The position numbers and the translations under genes are program-made. From Eledone cirrhosa (Eukaryota): a stretch of DNA of 64,000 nucleotides. The notes below the pieces were generated by a model that saw only the letters and a program-made list of their open reading frames with translations, searched no databases and was not told the DNA's origin. The stretch covers positions 2,852,001-2,916,000 of the forward strand of contig OZ024741.1 of the NCBI GenBank assembly GCA_964016885.1. Direction: 5' to 3'. Shown piece after piece: positions 27,061 to 42,000 of the stretch. Numbering within the stretch: the first letter of the stretch is position 1; every line of letters starts with the position of its first letter.

Positions 27061-30000
27061 GTCCAGCTCTTCTCACAGTTTCTTCTCTGAAAACCTTCTA
27101 CTGTCCAGCTCTCCTCATCATTTCTTCTCTGCAGACCTTCTACTGTCCAGCTCTCCTCACAGTTTCTTCTCTGTAGATTTTCTACTGTCCAGTTCTCCTC
27201 ACACTTTCTTCTCTGAAGACCTTCTACTGTTCAGCTCTCATCAAAATTTCTTCTTTGAAGATTTTCGACTGTCCAGTCCTCCTCACAGTTTCTGCTCTGA
27301 AGACCTTCTACTGTCCAACTCTCTTCACAGTTTATTCTCTGATGATCTTCTACTGTCCATCTCGCCTGGCAGTTTCTTCTCTGAAGACCTTCCACTGTCC
27401 AGCTCTTATGACAGTTTCTTCTCTGAAAACATTCTACTGTCCAGCTCTTCTCACAGTTTCTTCTCTTAAGTTCTACGACTGTCCAGCTCTCCTCACAGTT
27501 TCTTCTCTGAAGACCTTCTACTCTCCATCTATCCTCACAGTTTCTTCTCTGAAGACCTTCAGTTGTCCAGCTCTCCTCACAGTTTCTTCTCTGAAGACCT
27601 TCTACTGTCTAGTTCACCTCACACTTTCTTCTATGAAGACCTTCTACTGTCCAGCTCTCCTCACAATTTCTTCTCTGAAGAGATTCTACTGTCCAGCTCT
27701 CCTCACAGTTTCTTCTCTGAAGACCTCCTGCTGACCAGCTCTGCTCACAGTTTCTTCTCTGAAGTCCTTCTACTGTCCATCTCTCCTCACAGTTTCTTCT
27801 CTGAAGACCTTCTGCTGTACAGCTCTCCTCACACTTTCTTCTCTGAAGACCTTCTACTGTACAGATCTCCTCTCAGTTTCTTCTCTGAAGACCTTCTACT
27901 GTCCAGCTCTCCTCACAGTTTCTTCTCTGAAGACCTTGTGTTGTCTAGTTCTCCTCACAGTTTCTTCTCTGAAGACCTTCTACTGTCCAGCTCTCCTCAT
28001 CATTTCTTCTCCGCAGACCTTCTACTGTACAGCTCTCCTCACAGTTTCTTCTCTGTAGATTTTCTACTGTCCAGTTCTCCTCACACTTTCTTCTCTGAAG
28101 AGCTTCTACTGTCCAGCTCTCCTCACAGTTTCTTCTCTGAAGACCTTCTATTGTCCAGCTCTCCTCAAAATTTCTTCTTTGAAGATTTTAGACTGTCCAG
28201 CTCTCCTCACAATTTCTGCTCTGAAGACCTTCTACTGTCCAACTCTCTTCACAGTTTATTCTCTGATGATCTGCTACTGTCCATCTCGCCTGGCAGTTTC
28301 TTCTCTGAAGACCTTCCACTGTCCAGCTCTTACGACAGTTTCTTCTCTGAAAAAATTCTACTGTCCAGCTCTTCTCACAGTTTCTTCTCTTAAGTTCTAC
28401 GACTGTCCAGCTCTCCTCACAGTTTCTTCTCTGAAGACCTTCTACTCTCCATCTATCCTCACAGCTTCTTCTCTGAAGACCTTCTGTTGTCCAGCTCTCC
28501 TCACAGTTTCTTCTCTGAAGACCTTCTACTGTCCAGCTCTCCTCACAGTTTATTCTCTGAAGACCTACTGACCAGCTCTCCTCACGGTTTCTTTTCTGAA
28601 GACCTTCTGCTGCCCAGCACTGCTCACAGTTTCTTCTCTGAACACCTTCTACTGTACAGCTCTCCTCACATTTTCTTCTGTGAAGACCTTCTGCTCTCCA
28701 GTTCTCCTCACAGTTTCTTCTCTGAAGACCTTCTACTGACCAGCTCTCCTCAAAGTTTCTTCTCTGAAGACATTCTGTTGCCCATCTCTCCTCACAGTTT
28801 CTTCTCTGAAGACCTTCTACTGTCCAGCTCTCCTCACAATTCCTTCTCCGAAGATTTTCTACTGTCCAGCTTTCCTCACAGTTTCTTCTATGAAGACCTT
28901 CTGCTGACATCTCTCCTCACAGTTTCATCTCTGAAGAGCTTCTACTGTCCAGCTCTCTTCACAGTTTCTTCTCTGAAGACCTTCTACTGTCCAACTCTCT
29001 TCACAGTTTATATTCTGAAGATCTTCTACTGTCCATCTCGCCTGGCAGTTTCTTCTCTGAAAACATTCTACTGTCCAGCTCTTCTCACAGTTTCTTCTCT
29101 GAAGTTCTACGACTGTCCAGCCCTCCTCACAGTTTCTTCTCTGAAGACCTTCTGTTGTCCAGCTCTCCTCACAGTTTCTTCTCTGAAGACGTTCTACTGT
29201 CCAGTTCTCCTCACAGTTTCTTCTCTGAAGACCTTCTACTGTCCAGCTCTCCTCATCATTTCTTCTCTGCAGACCTTCTACTGTCCAGCTCTCCTCACAG
29301 TTTCTTCTCTGTAGATTTTCTACTGTCCAGTTCTCCTCACACTTTCTTCTCTGAAGACCTTCTACTGTACAGATCTCCTCTCAGTTTCTTCTCTGAAGAC
29401 CTTCTACTCTCCAGCTCTCCTCATCATTTCTTCTCTGAAGACCTTCTACTGTCCAGTTCTACTCACAGTTTCTTCTCTGAAGACCTTCTACTGTCCAGCT
29501 CTCCACACAGTATCTTCTCTGAAGACATTCTACTGTCTAGCTCTCCTCACAGTTTCTTCTCTGAAGACCTTCTACTGACCAGCTCTCCTCACAGTTTCTT
29601 CTCTGAAGAACTTCTGCTGTCCAGCTCTCCTCACAGTTTCTTCTCTGAAGAGCTTCTGCTGTCCAGGTCTCCTGACAGTTTCTTCTCTGACAACCTTCTA
29701 CTGTCCAGCTCTTCTCACAGTTTCTTCTCTGAAGACTTTGTGTTGTCCAGTTCTCCTCACCGTTTCTTCTCTGAAGACCTTCTACTGTCCAGCTCTCCTC
29801 ACAGTTTCTTCTCTGTAGATTTTCTACTGTCCAGTCCTCCTCACACTTTCTTCTCTGAAGAGCTTCTACTGTCCAGCTCTCCTCACAGTTTCTTCTCTGA
29901 AGACCTTCTACTGTCCAACTCTCTTCACAGTTTATTCTCTGATGATCTTCTACTGTCCATCTCGCCTGGCAGTTTCTTCTCTGAAGACATTCCACTGTCC

Positions 30001-33000
30001 AGCTCTTATGACAGTTTCTTCTCTGAAAACATTCTACTGTCCAGCTCTTCTCACAGTTTCTTCTCTTAAGTTCTACGACTGTCCAGCTCTCCTCACAGTT
30101 TCTTCTCTGAAGACCTTCTACTCTCCATCTATCCTCACAGCTTCTTCTCTGAAGACCTTCTGTTGTCCAGCTCTCCTCACAGTTTCTTCTCTGAAGACCT
30201 TCTACTGTCTAGTTCTCCTCACACTTTCTTCTCTGAAGACCTTCTACTGTCCAGCTCTCCTCACAGTTTATTCTCTGAAGACCTACTGACCAGCTCTCCT
30301 CACGGTTTCTTTTCTGAAGACCTTCTGCTGCCCAGCACTGCTCACAGTTTCTTCTCTGAACACCTTCTACTGTACAGCTCTCCTCACATTTTCTTCGGTG
30401 AAGACCTTCTGCTGTCCAGGTCTCCTCACAGTTTCTTCTCTGAAGACCTTCTACTGACCAGCTCTCCTCAAAGTTTCTTCTCTGAAGACATTCTGTTGTC
30501 CAGCTCTCCTCACAGTTTCTTCTCTGAAGTTCTACGACTGTCCAGCTCTCCTCACAGTTTCTTCTCTGAAGACCTTCTGTTGTCCAGCTCTCCTCACAGT
30601 TTCTTCTCTGAAGACGTTCTACTGTCTAGTTCTCCTCACACTTTCTTCTCTGAAGACCTTCTACTGTCCAGTTCTCCTCACAGTTTCATTTCTGAAGACC
30701 TTCTGCTGCCAAGCACTCCTCACAGTTTCTTCTCTGAACACCTACTGTACAGCTCTCCTCACAGTTTCTTCTCTGAAGACCTTCTACTGTCCATTTCTCC
30801 TCACAGTTTCTTCTCTGAAGACCTTCTATTGTCCATCTCTCCTCACAGTTTCTTCTCTGAAGACCTTCTGCTGTCCAGCTCTCCTCACAGTTTCTTCTCT
30901 GAAGACCTTCTACTGTCCAGTTCTCCTCAGAGTTTCTTCTCTGAAGACCTTCTACTGACCAGCTCTCCTCACACTTTCTTCTCTGAAGACATTCTGTTGC
31001 CCACCTCTCCTCACAGTTTCTTCTCCGAAGATTTTCTACTGTCCAGCTTTCCTCACAGTTTCTTCTCTGAAGAGCTTCTACTGTACAGATCTCCTCACAG
31101 TTTCTTCTCTGGAGACCTTCTACTCTCCAGCTGTCCTCATCATTTCTTCTCGGAAGACCTTCTACTGTCCAGTTGTCCTCACAGTTTCTTCTCTGAAGAC
31201 CTTCTACTGTCCAGCTCTACACACAGTTTCTTCTCTGAAGACATTCTACTGTCCAGCTCTCCTGACAGTTTCTTCTCTGAAAACCTTCTACTGTCCAGCT
31301 CCTCTCACAGTTTCTTCTCTGAAGACCTTCTACTGTCCAGCTCTCCTCACAGTTTCTTCTCTGAAGTCCTTCTACTGTCCAGCTCTCCTCATCATTTCTT
31401 CTCTTCAGACCTTCTGCTGTCCAGCTCTCCTCACAGTTTCTTCTCTGAAGACCTCCTGTTGTCCAGCTCTCCTCACAGTTTCTTCTCTGAAGACCTCCTG
31501 TTGTCCAGCTCTCCTCACAGTTTCTTCTCTGAAGACCTTCTACTGTCCACCTCTCCTCATCATTTCTTCTCTCCAAACCTTCTACTGTCCAGCTCTCCTC
31601 GCAGTTTCTTCTCTGTAGATTTTCTACTGTACAGCTCTCCTCACATTTTCTTCTCTGAAGACCTTCTACTGTCCAGTTCTCCTCACAGTTTCTTCTCTGA
31701 AGACCTTCTACTGTCCATCTCTCCTCACAGTTTCTGCTCTGAAAACCATCTACTGTCCAGCTCTCCTCACAGTTTCTTCTTTGAAGACCTTCTGCTGTCC
31801 AGGTCTCCTCACAGTTTCTTCTCTGAAGACCTTCTACTGTCCATCTCTCCTCACAGTTTCTGCTCTGAAAACCATCTACTGTCCAGCTCTCCTCAAAGTT
31901 TCTTCTCTGAAGACATTCTGTTGCCCATCTCTCCTCACAGTTTCTTCTCTGAAGACCTACTGTCCAGCTCTCCTCACAATTTCTTCTCCGAAGATTTTCT
32001 ACTGTCCAGCTTTCCTCACAGTTTCTTCTATGAAGACCTTCTGCTGACATCTCTCCTCACAGTTTCTTCTCTGAAGAGCTTCTACTGTCCAGCTCTCTTC
32101 ACAGTTTCTTCTCTGAAGACCTTCTACTGTCCAACTCTCTTCACAGTTTATATTCTGAAGATCTTCTACTGTCCATCTCGCCTGGCAGTTTCTTCTCTGA
32201 AAACATTCTACTGTCCAGCTCTTCTCACAGTTTCTTCTCTGAAGTTCTACGACTGTCCAGCTCTCCTCACAGTTTCTTCTCTGAAGACCTTCTGTTGTCC
32301 AGCTCTCCTCACAGTTTCTTCTCTGAAGACGTTCTACTGTCTAGTTCTCCTCACACTTTCTTCTCTGAAGACCTTCTACTGTCCAGTTCTCCTCACAGTT
32401 TCATTTCTGAAGACCTTCTGCTGCCAAGCACTCCTCACAGTTTCTTCTCTGAACACCTACTGTACAGCTCTCCTCACAGTTTCTTCTCTGAAGACCTTCT
32501 ACTGTCCAGTTCTCCTCACAGTTTCTTCTCTGAAGACCTTCTACTGTCCATCTCTCCTCACAGTTTCTTCTCTGAAGACCTTCTGCTGTCCAGCTCTCCT
32601 CACAGTTTCTTCTCTGAAGACCTTCTACTGTCCAGTTCTCCTCAGAGTTTCTTCTCTGAACACCTTCTACTGACCAGCTCTCCTCACACTTTCTTCTCTG
32701 AAGACATTCTGTTGCCCACCTCTCCTCACAGTTTCTTCTCTGAAGACCTTCTACTGTCCAGCTCTCCTCACAGTTTCTTCTCTTAAGACCTTCTACTGTC
32801 CAGCTCTCCTCAACAATTTCTTCTCCGAAGATTTTCTACTGTCCAGCTTTCCTCACAGTTTCTTCTATGAAGACCTTCTGCTGACATCTCTCCTCACAGT
32901 TTCTGCTCTGAAGACCTTCTACTGTCCAGCTCTCCTCACAGTTTTTTCTCTGAAGAGCTTCTACTGTACAGATCTCCTCACAGTTTCTTCTCTGGAGACT

Positions 33001-36000
33001 TTCTACTCTCCAGCTGTCCTCATCATTTCTTCTCGGAAGACCTTCTACTGTCCAGTTGTCCTCACAGTTTCTTCTGTGAAGACCTTCTACTGTCCAGCTC
33101 TACACACAGTTTCTTCTCTGAAGACATTCTACTGTCCAGCTCTCCTGACAGTTTCTTCTCTGAAAACCTTCTACTGTCCAGCTCCTCTCACAGTTTCTTC
33201 TCTGAAGACCTACTGTCCAGCTCTCCTCACAGTTTCTTCTCTGAAGACCTTCTACTGTCCAGCTCTCCTCATCATTTCTTCTCTGCAGACCTTCTGCTGT
33301 CCAGCTCTCCTCACAGTTTCTACTCTGAAGACCTCCTGTTGTCCAGTTCTCCTCACAGTTTCTTCTCTGAAGACCTTCTACTGTCCACCTCTCCTCATCA
33401 TTTCTTCTCTGCAGACCTTCTACTGTCCACCTCTCCTCACAGTTTCTTCTCTGTAGATTTTCTACTGTCCAGTTCTCCTCACAGATTCTTCTCTGAAGAC
33501 ATTCTACTGTCCAGCTCTCCTCACAGTTTCTTCTCTGAAGACCTTCTACTGTCCAGCTCTCCTCACAGTTTCTTCTCTGAAGACCTTCTACTGTCCAGCT
33601 CTCCTCATCATTTCTTCTCTGCAGACCTTCTGCTGTCCAGCTCTCCTCACAGTTTCTTCTCTGAAGAACTCCTGTTGTCCAGCTCTCCTCACAGTTTCTT
33701 CTCTGAAGACCTTCTACTGTCCACCTCTCCTCATCATTTCTTCTCTGCAGACCTTCTACTGTCCAGCTGTCCTCATCATTTCTTCTCTGAAGACCTTCTA
33801 CTGTCCAGTTCTCCTCACAGTTCCTTCTCTGAAGACCTTCTACTGTCCAGCTCTCCACACAGTTTCTTCTCTGAAGACATTCTACTGTCCAGCTCTCCTC
33901 ACAGTTTCTTCTCTGAAGACCTTCTACTGACCAGCTCTCCTCACAGTTTCTTCTCTGAAGAACTTTTGCTGTCCAGCTCTCCTCACAGTTTCTTCTCTGA
34001 AGACGTTCTACTGTCTAGTTCTCCTCACACTTTCTTCTCTGAAGACCTTCTACTGTCCATCTATCCCCACAGTTTCTTCTCTGAAGACCTACTGACCAGC
34101 TCTCCTCACAGTTTCTTTTCTGAAGGCCTTCTGCTGCCAAGCACTCCTCACAGTTTCTTCTCTGAACACCTACTGTACAGCTCTCCTCACAGTTTCTTCT
34201 CTGAAGACCTTCTACTGTCCATCTCTCCTCACAGTTTCTGCTCTGAAGACCTTCTACTATCCAGCTCTCCTCACAGTTTCTTCTCTGAAGACCTTCTGCT
34301 GTGCAGGTCTCCTCACAGTTTCTTCTCTGAAGACCTTCTACTGACCAGCTCTCCTCACACTTTCTTCTCTGAAGACATTCTGTTGCCTACCTCTCCTCAC
34401 AGTTTCTTCTCTGAAGACCTTCTACTGTCCAGCTCTCCTCTCAGTTTCTTCTCTGAAGACCTTCTACTGTCCAGCTCTCCTCACAATTTCTTCTCCGAAG
34501 ATTTTCTACTGTCCAGCTTTCCTCACAGTTTCTTCTATGAAGACCTTCTGCTGACATCTCTCCTCACAGTTTCTGCTCTGAAGACCTTCTACTGTCCAGC
34601 TCTCCTCACAGTTTCTTCTCTGAAGACCTACTGACCAGCTCTCCTCACAGTTTCTTTTCTGAAGGCCTTCTGCTGCCAAGCACTCCTCACAGTTTCTTCT
34701 CTGAACACCTACTGTACAGCTCTCCTCACAGTTTCTTCTCTGAAGACCTTCTACTGTCCATCTCTCCTCACAGTTTCTGCTCTGAAGACCTTCTACTATC
34801 CAGCTCTCCTCACAGTTTCTTCTCTGAAGACCTTCTGCTGTCCAGGTCTCCTCACAGTTTCTTCTCTGAAGACCTTCTACTAACCAGCTCTCCTCACACT
34901 TTCTTCTCTGAAGACATTCTGTTGCCTACCTCTCCTCACAGTTTCTTCTCTGAAGACCTTCTACTGTCCAGCTCTCCTAACAGTTTCTTCTCTGAAGACC
35001 TTCTACTGTCCAGCTCTCCTCACAATTTCTTCTCCGAAGATTTTCTACTGTCCAGCTTTCCTCACAGTTTCTTCAATGAAGACCTTCTGCTGACATCTCT
35101 CCTCACAGTTTCTGCTCTGAAGACCTTCTACTGTTCAGCTCTCCTCACAGTTTCTTCTCTGAAGAGCTTCTACTGTACAGATCTCCTCACAGTTTCTTCT
35201 CTGGAGACCTTCTACTCTCCAGCTGTCCTCATCGTTTCTTCTCGGAAGACCTTCTACTGTCCAGTTGTCCTCACAGTTTCTTCTCTGAAGACCTTCTACT
35301 GTCCAGCTCTAAACACAGTTTCTTCTCTGAAGACATTCTACTGTCCAGCTCTCCTGACAGTTTATTCTGTGAAAACCTTCTACTGTCCAGCTCCTCTCAC
35401 AGTTTATTCTCTGAAGACATTCTGCTGTCCAGCTCTCCTCACAGTTTCTTCTCTGAAGACCTTCTACGGTCCAGCTCTCCTCATCATTTCTTCTCTTCAG
35501 ACCTTCTACTGTCCACCTCTCCTCACAGTTTCTTCTCTGAAGACCTCCTGTTGTCCAGCTCTCCTCAGAGTTTCTTCTCTGAAGACCTTCTACTGTCCAC
35601 CTCTCCTCATCATTTCTTCTCTGCAAACCTTCTACTGTCCAGCTCTCCTTGCAATTTCTTCTCTGTAGATTTTCTACTGTCCAACTCTCCTCACACTTTC
35701 TTCTATGAAGACCTTCTACTGTCCAGCTCTCCTCACAGGTTCTTCTCGGAAGAGCTTCTACTGTCCAGCTCTCCTCAGAGTTTCTTCTCTGAAGACCTTC
35801 TACTCTCCAGCTCTCCTCACAGTTTCTTCTCTGAAAACCTTCTACTGTCCAGCTCTCCTCATCATTTCTTCTCTGCAGACCTTCTGCTGTCCAGCTCTCC
35901 TCACAGTTTCTTCTCTGTAGATTTTCTACTGTCCAGTTCTCCTCACAGTTTCTTCTCTGAAGTCCTTCTAATGTCCATCTCTCCTCACAGTTTCTTCTCT

Positions 36001-39000
36001 GAAGACCTTCTGCTGTACAGCTCTCCTGACACTTTCTTCTCTGAAGATCTTCTACTGTACAGATCTCCTCACAGTTTCTTCTCTGAAGACCTTCTACTCT
36101 CCAGCTGTCCTCATCATTTCTTCTCTGAAAACCTCCTACTGTCCAGTTCTCCTCACAGTTTCTTCTCTGAAGACCTTCTACTGTCCATCTCTCCTCACAG
36201 TTTCTTCTCTGAAGACCTTCTGCTGACATCTCTCCTCACAGTTTCTGCTCTGAAGACCTTCCACTGTCCAACTCTCTTCACAGTTTATTCTCTGAAGATC
36301 TTCTACTGTCCATCTCGCCTGGCAGTTTCTTCTCTGAAAACCTTCTACTGCCCAGCTCTCCTCACAGTTTCTTCTCTGAAGACGTTCTGTTGCCCATCTC
36401 TCCTCTCAGTTTCTTCTCTGAAGACCTTCTACTGTCCAGCTCTCCTCACAGTTTCTTCTCTGAAGACCTTCTGCTGACATCTCTCCTCACAGTTTCTTCA
36501 CTGAAGACCTTCTACTGTCCAGCTCTTCTCACAGTTTCTTCTCTGAAGACCTTCTACTGTCCAGCTCTCCTCATCATTTCTTCTCTGCAGACCTTCTACT
36601 GTCCAGCTCTCCTCACAGTTTCTTCTCTGTAGATTTTCTACTGTCCAGTTCTCCTCACACTTTCTTCTCTGAAGACCTTCTACTGTTCAGCTCTCATCAA
36701 AATTTCTTCTTTGAAGATTTTCGACTGTCCAGTCCTCCTCACAGTTTCTGCTCTGAAGACCTTCTACTGTCCAACTCTCTTCACAGTTTATTCTCTGATG
36801 ATCTTCTACTGTCCATCTCGCCTGGCAGTTTCTTCTCTGAAGACCTTCCACTGTCCAGCTCTTATGACAGTTTCTTCTCTGAAAACATTCTACTGTCCAG
36901 CTCTTCTCACAGTTTCTTCTCTTAAGTTCTACGACTGTCCAGCTCTCCTCACAGTTTCTTCTCTGAAGACCTTCTACTCTCCATCTATCCTCACAGTTTC
37001 TTCTCTGAAGACCTTCAGTTGTCCAGCTCTCCTCACAGTTTCTTCTCTGAAGACCTTCTACTGTCTAGTTCACCTCACACTTTCTTCTATGAAGACCTTC
37101 TACTGTCCAGCTCTCCTCACAATTTCTTCTCTGAAGAGATTCTACTGTCCAGCTCTCCTCACAGTTTCTTCTCTGAAGACCTCCTGCTGACCAGCTCTGC
37201 TCACAGTTTCTTCTCTGAAGTCCTTCTACTGTCCATCTCTCCTCACAGTTTCTTCTCTGAAGACCTTCTGCTGTACAGCTCTCCTCACACTTTCTTCTCT
37301 GAAGACCTTCTACTGTACAGATCTCCTCTCAGTTTCTTCTCTGAAGACCTTCTACTGTCCAGCTCTCCTCACAGTTTCTTCTCTGAAGACCTTGTGTTGT
37401 CTAGTTCTCCTCACAGTTTCTTCTCTGAAGACCTTCTACTGTCCAGCTCTCCTCATCATTTCTTCTCCGCAGACCTTCTACTGTACAGCTCTCCTCACAG
37501 TTTCTTCTCTGTAGATTTTCTACTGTCCAGTTCTCCTCACACTTTCTTCTCTGAAGAGCTTCTACTGTCCAGCTCTCCTCACAGTTTCTTCTCTGAAGAC
37601 CTTCTATTGTCCAGCTCTCCTCAAAATTTCTTCTTTGAAGATTTTAGACTGTCCAGCTCTCCTCACAATTTCTGCTCTGAAGACCTTCTACTGTCCAACT
37701 CTCTTCACAGTTTATTCTCTGATGATCTGCTACTGTCCATCTCGCCTGGCAGTTTCTTCTCTGAAGACCTTCCACTGTCCAGCTCTTACGACAGTTTCTT
37801 CTCTGAAAAAATTCTACTGTCCAGCTCTTCTCACAGTTTCTTCTCTTAAGTTCTACGACTGTCCAGCTCTCCTCACAGTTTCTTCTCTGAAGACCTTCTA
37901 CTCTCCATCTATCCTCACAGCTTCTTCTCTGAAGACCTTCTGTTGTCCAGCTCTCCTCACAGTTTCTTCTCTGAAGACCTTCTACTGTCCAGCTCTCCTC
38001 ACAGTTTATTCTCTGAAGACCTACTGACCAGCTCTCCTCACGGTTTCTTTTCTGAAGACCTTCTGCTGCCCAGCACTGCTCACAGTTTCTTCTCTGAACA
38101 CCTTCTACTGTACAGCTCTCCTCACATTTTCTTCTGTGAAGACCTTCTGCTCTCCAGTTCTCCTCACAGTTTCTTCTCTGAAGACCTTCTACTGACCAGC
38201 TCTCCTCAAAGTTTCTTCTCTGAAGACATTCTGTTGCCCATCTCTCCTCACAGTTTCTTCTCTGAAGACCTTCTACTGTCCAGCTCTCCTCACAATTCCT
38301 TCTCCGAAGATTTTCTACTGTCCAGCTTTCCTCACAGTTTCTTCTATGAAGACCTTCTGCTGACATCTCTCCTCACAGTTTCATCTCTGAAGAGCTTCTA
38401 CTGTCCAGCTCTCTTCACAGTTTCTTCTCTGAAGACCTTCTACTGTCCAACTCTCTTCACAGTTTATATTCTGAAGATCTTCTACTGTCCATCTCGCCTG
38501 GCAGTTTCTTCTCTGAAAACATTCTACTGTCCAGCTCTTCTCACAGTTTCTTCTCTGAAGTTCTACGACTGTCCAGCCCTCCTCACAGTTTCTTCTCTGA
38601 AGACCTTCTGTTGTCCAGCTCTCCTCACAGTTTCTTCTCTGAAGACGTTCTACTGTCCAGTTCTCCTCACAGTTTCTTCTCTGAAGACCTTCTACTGTCC
38701 AGCTCTCCTCATCATTTCTTCTCTGCAGACCTTCTACTGTCCAGCTCTCCTCACAGTTTCTTCTCTGTAGATTTTCTACTGTCCAGTTCTCCTCACACTT
38801 TCTTCTCTGAAGACCTTCTACTGTACAGATCTCCTCTCAGTTTCTTCTCTGAAGACCTTCTACTCTCCAGCTCTCCTCATCATTTCTTCTCTGAAGACCT
38901 TCTACTGTCCAGTTCTACTCACAGTTTCTTCTCTGAAGACCTTCTACTGTCCAGCTCTCCACACAGTATCTTCTCTGAAGACATTCTACTGTCTAGCTCT

Positions 39001-42000
39001 CCTCACAGTTTCTTCTCTGAAGACCTTCTACTGACCAGCTCTCCTCACAGTTTCTTCTCTGAAGAACTTCTGCTGTCCAGCTCTCCTCACAGTTTCTTCT
39101 CTGAAGAGCTTCTGCTGTCCAGGTCTCCTGACAGTTTCTTCTCTGACAACCTTCTACTGTCCAGCTCTTCTCACAGTTTCTTCTCTGAAGACTTTGTGTT
39201 GTCCAGTTCTCCTCACCGTTTCTTCTCTGAAGACCTTCTACTGTCCAGCTCTCCTCACAGTTTCTTCTCTGTAGATTTTCTACTGTCCAGTCCTCCTCAC
39301 ACTTTCTTCTCTGAAGAGCTTCTACTGTCCAGCTCTCCTCACAGTTTCTTCTCTGAAGACCTTCTACTGTCCAACTCTCTTCACAGTTTATTCTCTGATG
39401 ATCTTCTACTGTCCATCTCGCCTGGCAGTTTCTTCTCTGAAGACATTCCACTGTCCAGCTCTTATGACAGTTTCTTCTCTGAAAACATTCTACTGTCCAG
39501 CTCTTCTCACAGTTTCTTCTCTTAAGTTCTACGACTGTCCAGCTCTCCTCACAGTTTCTTCTCTGAAGACCTTCTACTCTCCATCTATCCTCACAGCTTC
39601 TTCTCTGAAGACCTTCTGTTGTCCAGCTCTCCTCACAGTTTCTTCTCTGAAGACCTTCTACTGTCTAGTTCTCCTCACACTTTCTTCTCTGAAGACCTTC
39701 TACTGTCCAGCTCTCCTCACAGTTTATTCTCTGAAGACCTACTGACCAGCTCTCCTCACGGTTTCTTTTCTGAAGACCTTCTGCTGCCCAGCACTGCTCA
39801 CAGTTTCTTCTCTGAACACCTTCTACTGTACAGCTCTCCTCACATTTTCTTCGGTGAAGACCTTCTGCTGTCCAGGTCTCCTCACAGTTTCTTCTCTGAA
39901 GACCTTCTACTGACCAGCTCTCCTCAAAGTTTCTTCTCTGAAGACATTCTGTTGTCCAGCTCTCCTCACAGTTTCTTCTCTGAAGTTCTACGACTGTCCA
40001 GCTCTCCTCACAGTTTCTTCTCTGAAGACCTTCTGTTGTCCAGCTCTCCTCACAGTTTCTTCTCTGAAGACGTTCTACTGTCTAGTTCTCCTCACACTTT
40101 CTTCTCTGAAGACCTTCTACTGTCCAGTTCTCCTCACAGTTTCATTTCTGAAGACCTTCTGCTGCCAAGCACTCCTCACAGTTTCTTCTCTGAACACCTA
40201 CTGTACAGCTCTCCTCACAGTTTCTTCTCTGAAGACCTTCTACTGTCCAGTTCTCCTCACAGTTTCTTCTCTGAAGACCTTCTATTGTCCATCTCTCCTC
40301 ACAGTTTCTTCTCTGAAGACCTTCTGCTGTCCAGCTCTCCTCACAGTTTCTTCTCTGAAGACCTTCTACTGTCCAGTTCTCCTCAGAGTTTCTTCTCTGA
40401 AGACCTTCTACTGACCAGCTCTCCTCACACTTTCTTCTCTGAAGACATTCTGTTGCCCACCTCTCCTCACAGTTTCTTCTCCGAAGATTTTCTACTGTCC
40501 AGCTTTCCTCACAGTTTCTTCTCTGAAGAGCTTCTACTGTACAGATCTCCTCACAGTTTCTTCTCTGGAGACCTTCTACTCTCCAGCTGTCCTCATCATT
40601 TCTTCTCGGAAGACCTTCTACTGTCCAGTTGTCCTCACAGTTTCTTCTCTGAAGACCTTCTACTGTCCAGCTCTACACACAGTTTCTTCTCTGAAGACAT
40701 TCTACTGTCCAGCTCTCCTGACAGTTTCTTCTCTGAAAACCTTCTACTGTCCAGCTCCTCTCACAGTTTCTTCTCTGAAGACCTTCTACTGTCCAGCTCT
40801 CCTCACAGTTTCTTCTCTGAAGTCCTTCTACTGTCCAGCTCTCCTCATCATTTCTTCTCTTCAGACCTTCTGCTGTCCAGCTCTCCTCACAGTTTCTTCT
40901 CTGAAGACCTCCTGTTGTCCAGCTCTCCTCACAGTTTCTTCTCTGAAGACCTCCTGTTGTCCAGCTCTCCTCACAGTTTCTTCTCTGAAGACCTTCTACT
41001 GTCCACCTCTCCTCATCATTTCTTCTCTCCAAACCTTCTACTGTCCAGCTCTCCTCGCAGTTTCTTCTCTGTAGATTTTCTACTGTACAGCTCTCCTCAC
41101 ATTTTCTTCTCTGAAGACCTTCTACTGTCCAGTTCTCCTCACAGTTTCTTCTCTGAAGACCTTCTACTGTCCATCTCTCCTCACAGTTTCTGCTCTGAAA
41201 ACCATCTACTGTCCAGCTCTCCTCACAGTTTCTTCTTTGAAGACCTTCTGCTGTCCAGGTCTCCTCACAGTTTCTTCTCTGAAGACCTTCTACTGTCCAT
41301 CTCTCCTCACAGTTTCTGCTCTGAAAACCATCTACTGTCCAGCTCTCCTCAAAGTTTCTTCTCTGAAGACATTCTGTTGCCCATCTCTCCTCACAGTTTC
41401 TTCTCTGAAGACCTACTGTCCAGCTCTCCTCACAATTTCTTCTCCGAAGATTTTCTACTGTCCAGCTTTCCTCACAGTTTCTTCTATGAAGACCTTCTGC
41501 TGACATCTCTCCTCACAGTTTCTTCTCTGAAGAGCTTCTACTGTCCAGCTCTCTTCACAGTTTCTTCTCTGAAGACCTTCTACTGTCCAACTCTCTTCAC
41601 AGTTTATATTCTGAAGATCTTCTACTGTCCATCTCGCCTGGCAGTTTCTTCTCTGAAAACATTCTACTGTCCAGCTCTTCTCACAGTTTCTTCTCTGAAG
41701 TTCTACGACTGTCCAGCTCTCCTCACAGTTTCTTCTCTGAAGACCTTCTGTTGTCCAGCTCTCCTCACAGTTTCTTCTCTGAAGACGTTCTACTGTCTAG
41801 TTCTCCTCACACTTTCTTCTCTGAAGACCTTCTACTGTCCAGTTCTCCTCACAGTTTCATTTCTGAAGACCTTCTGCTGCCAAGCACTCCTCACAGTTTC
41901 TTCTCTGAACACCTACTGTACAGCTCTCCTCACAGTTTCTTCTCTGAAGACCTTCTACTGTCCAGTTCTCCTCACAGTTTCTTCTCTGAAGACCTTCTAC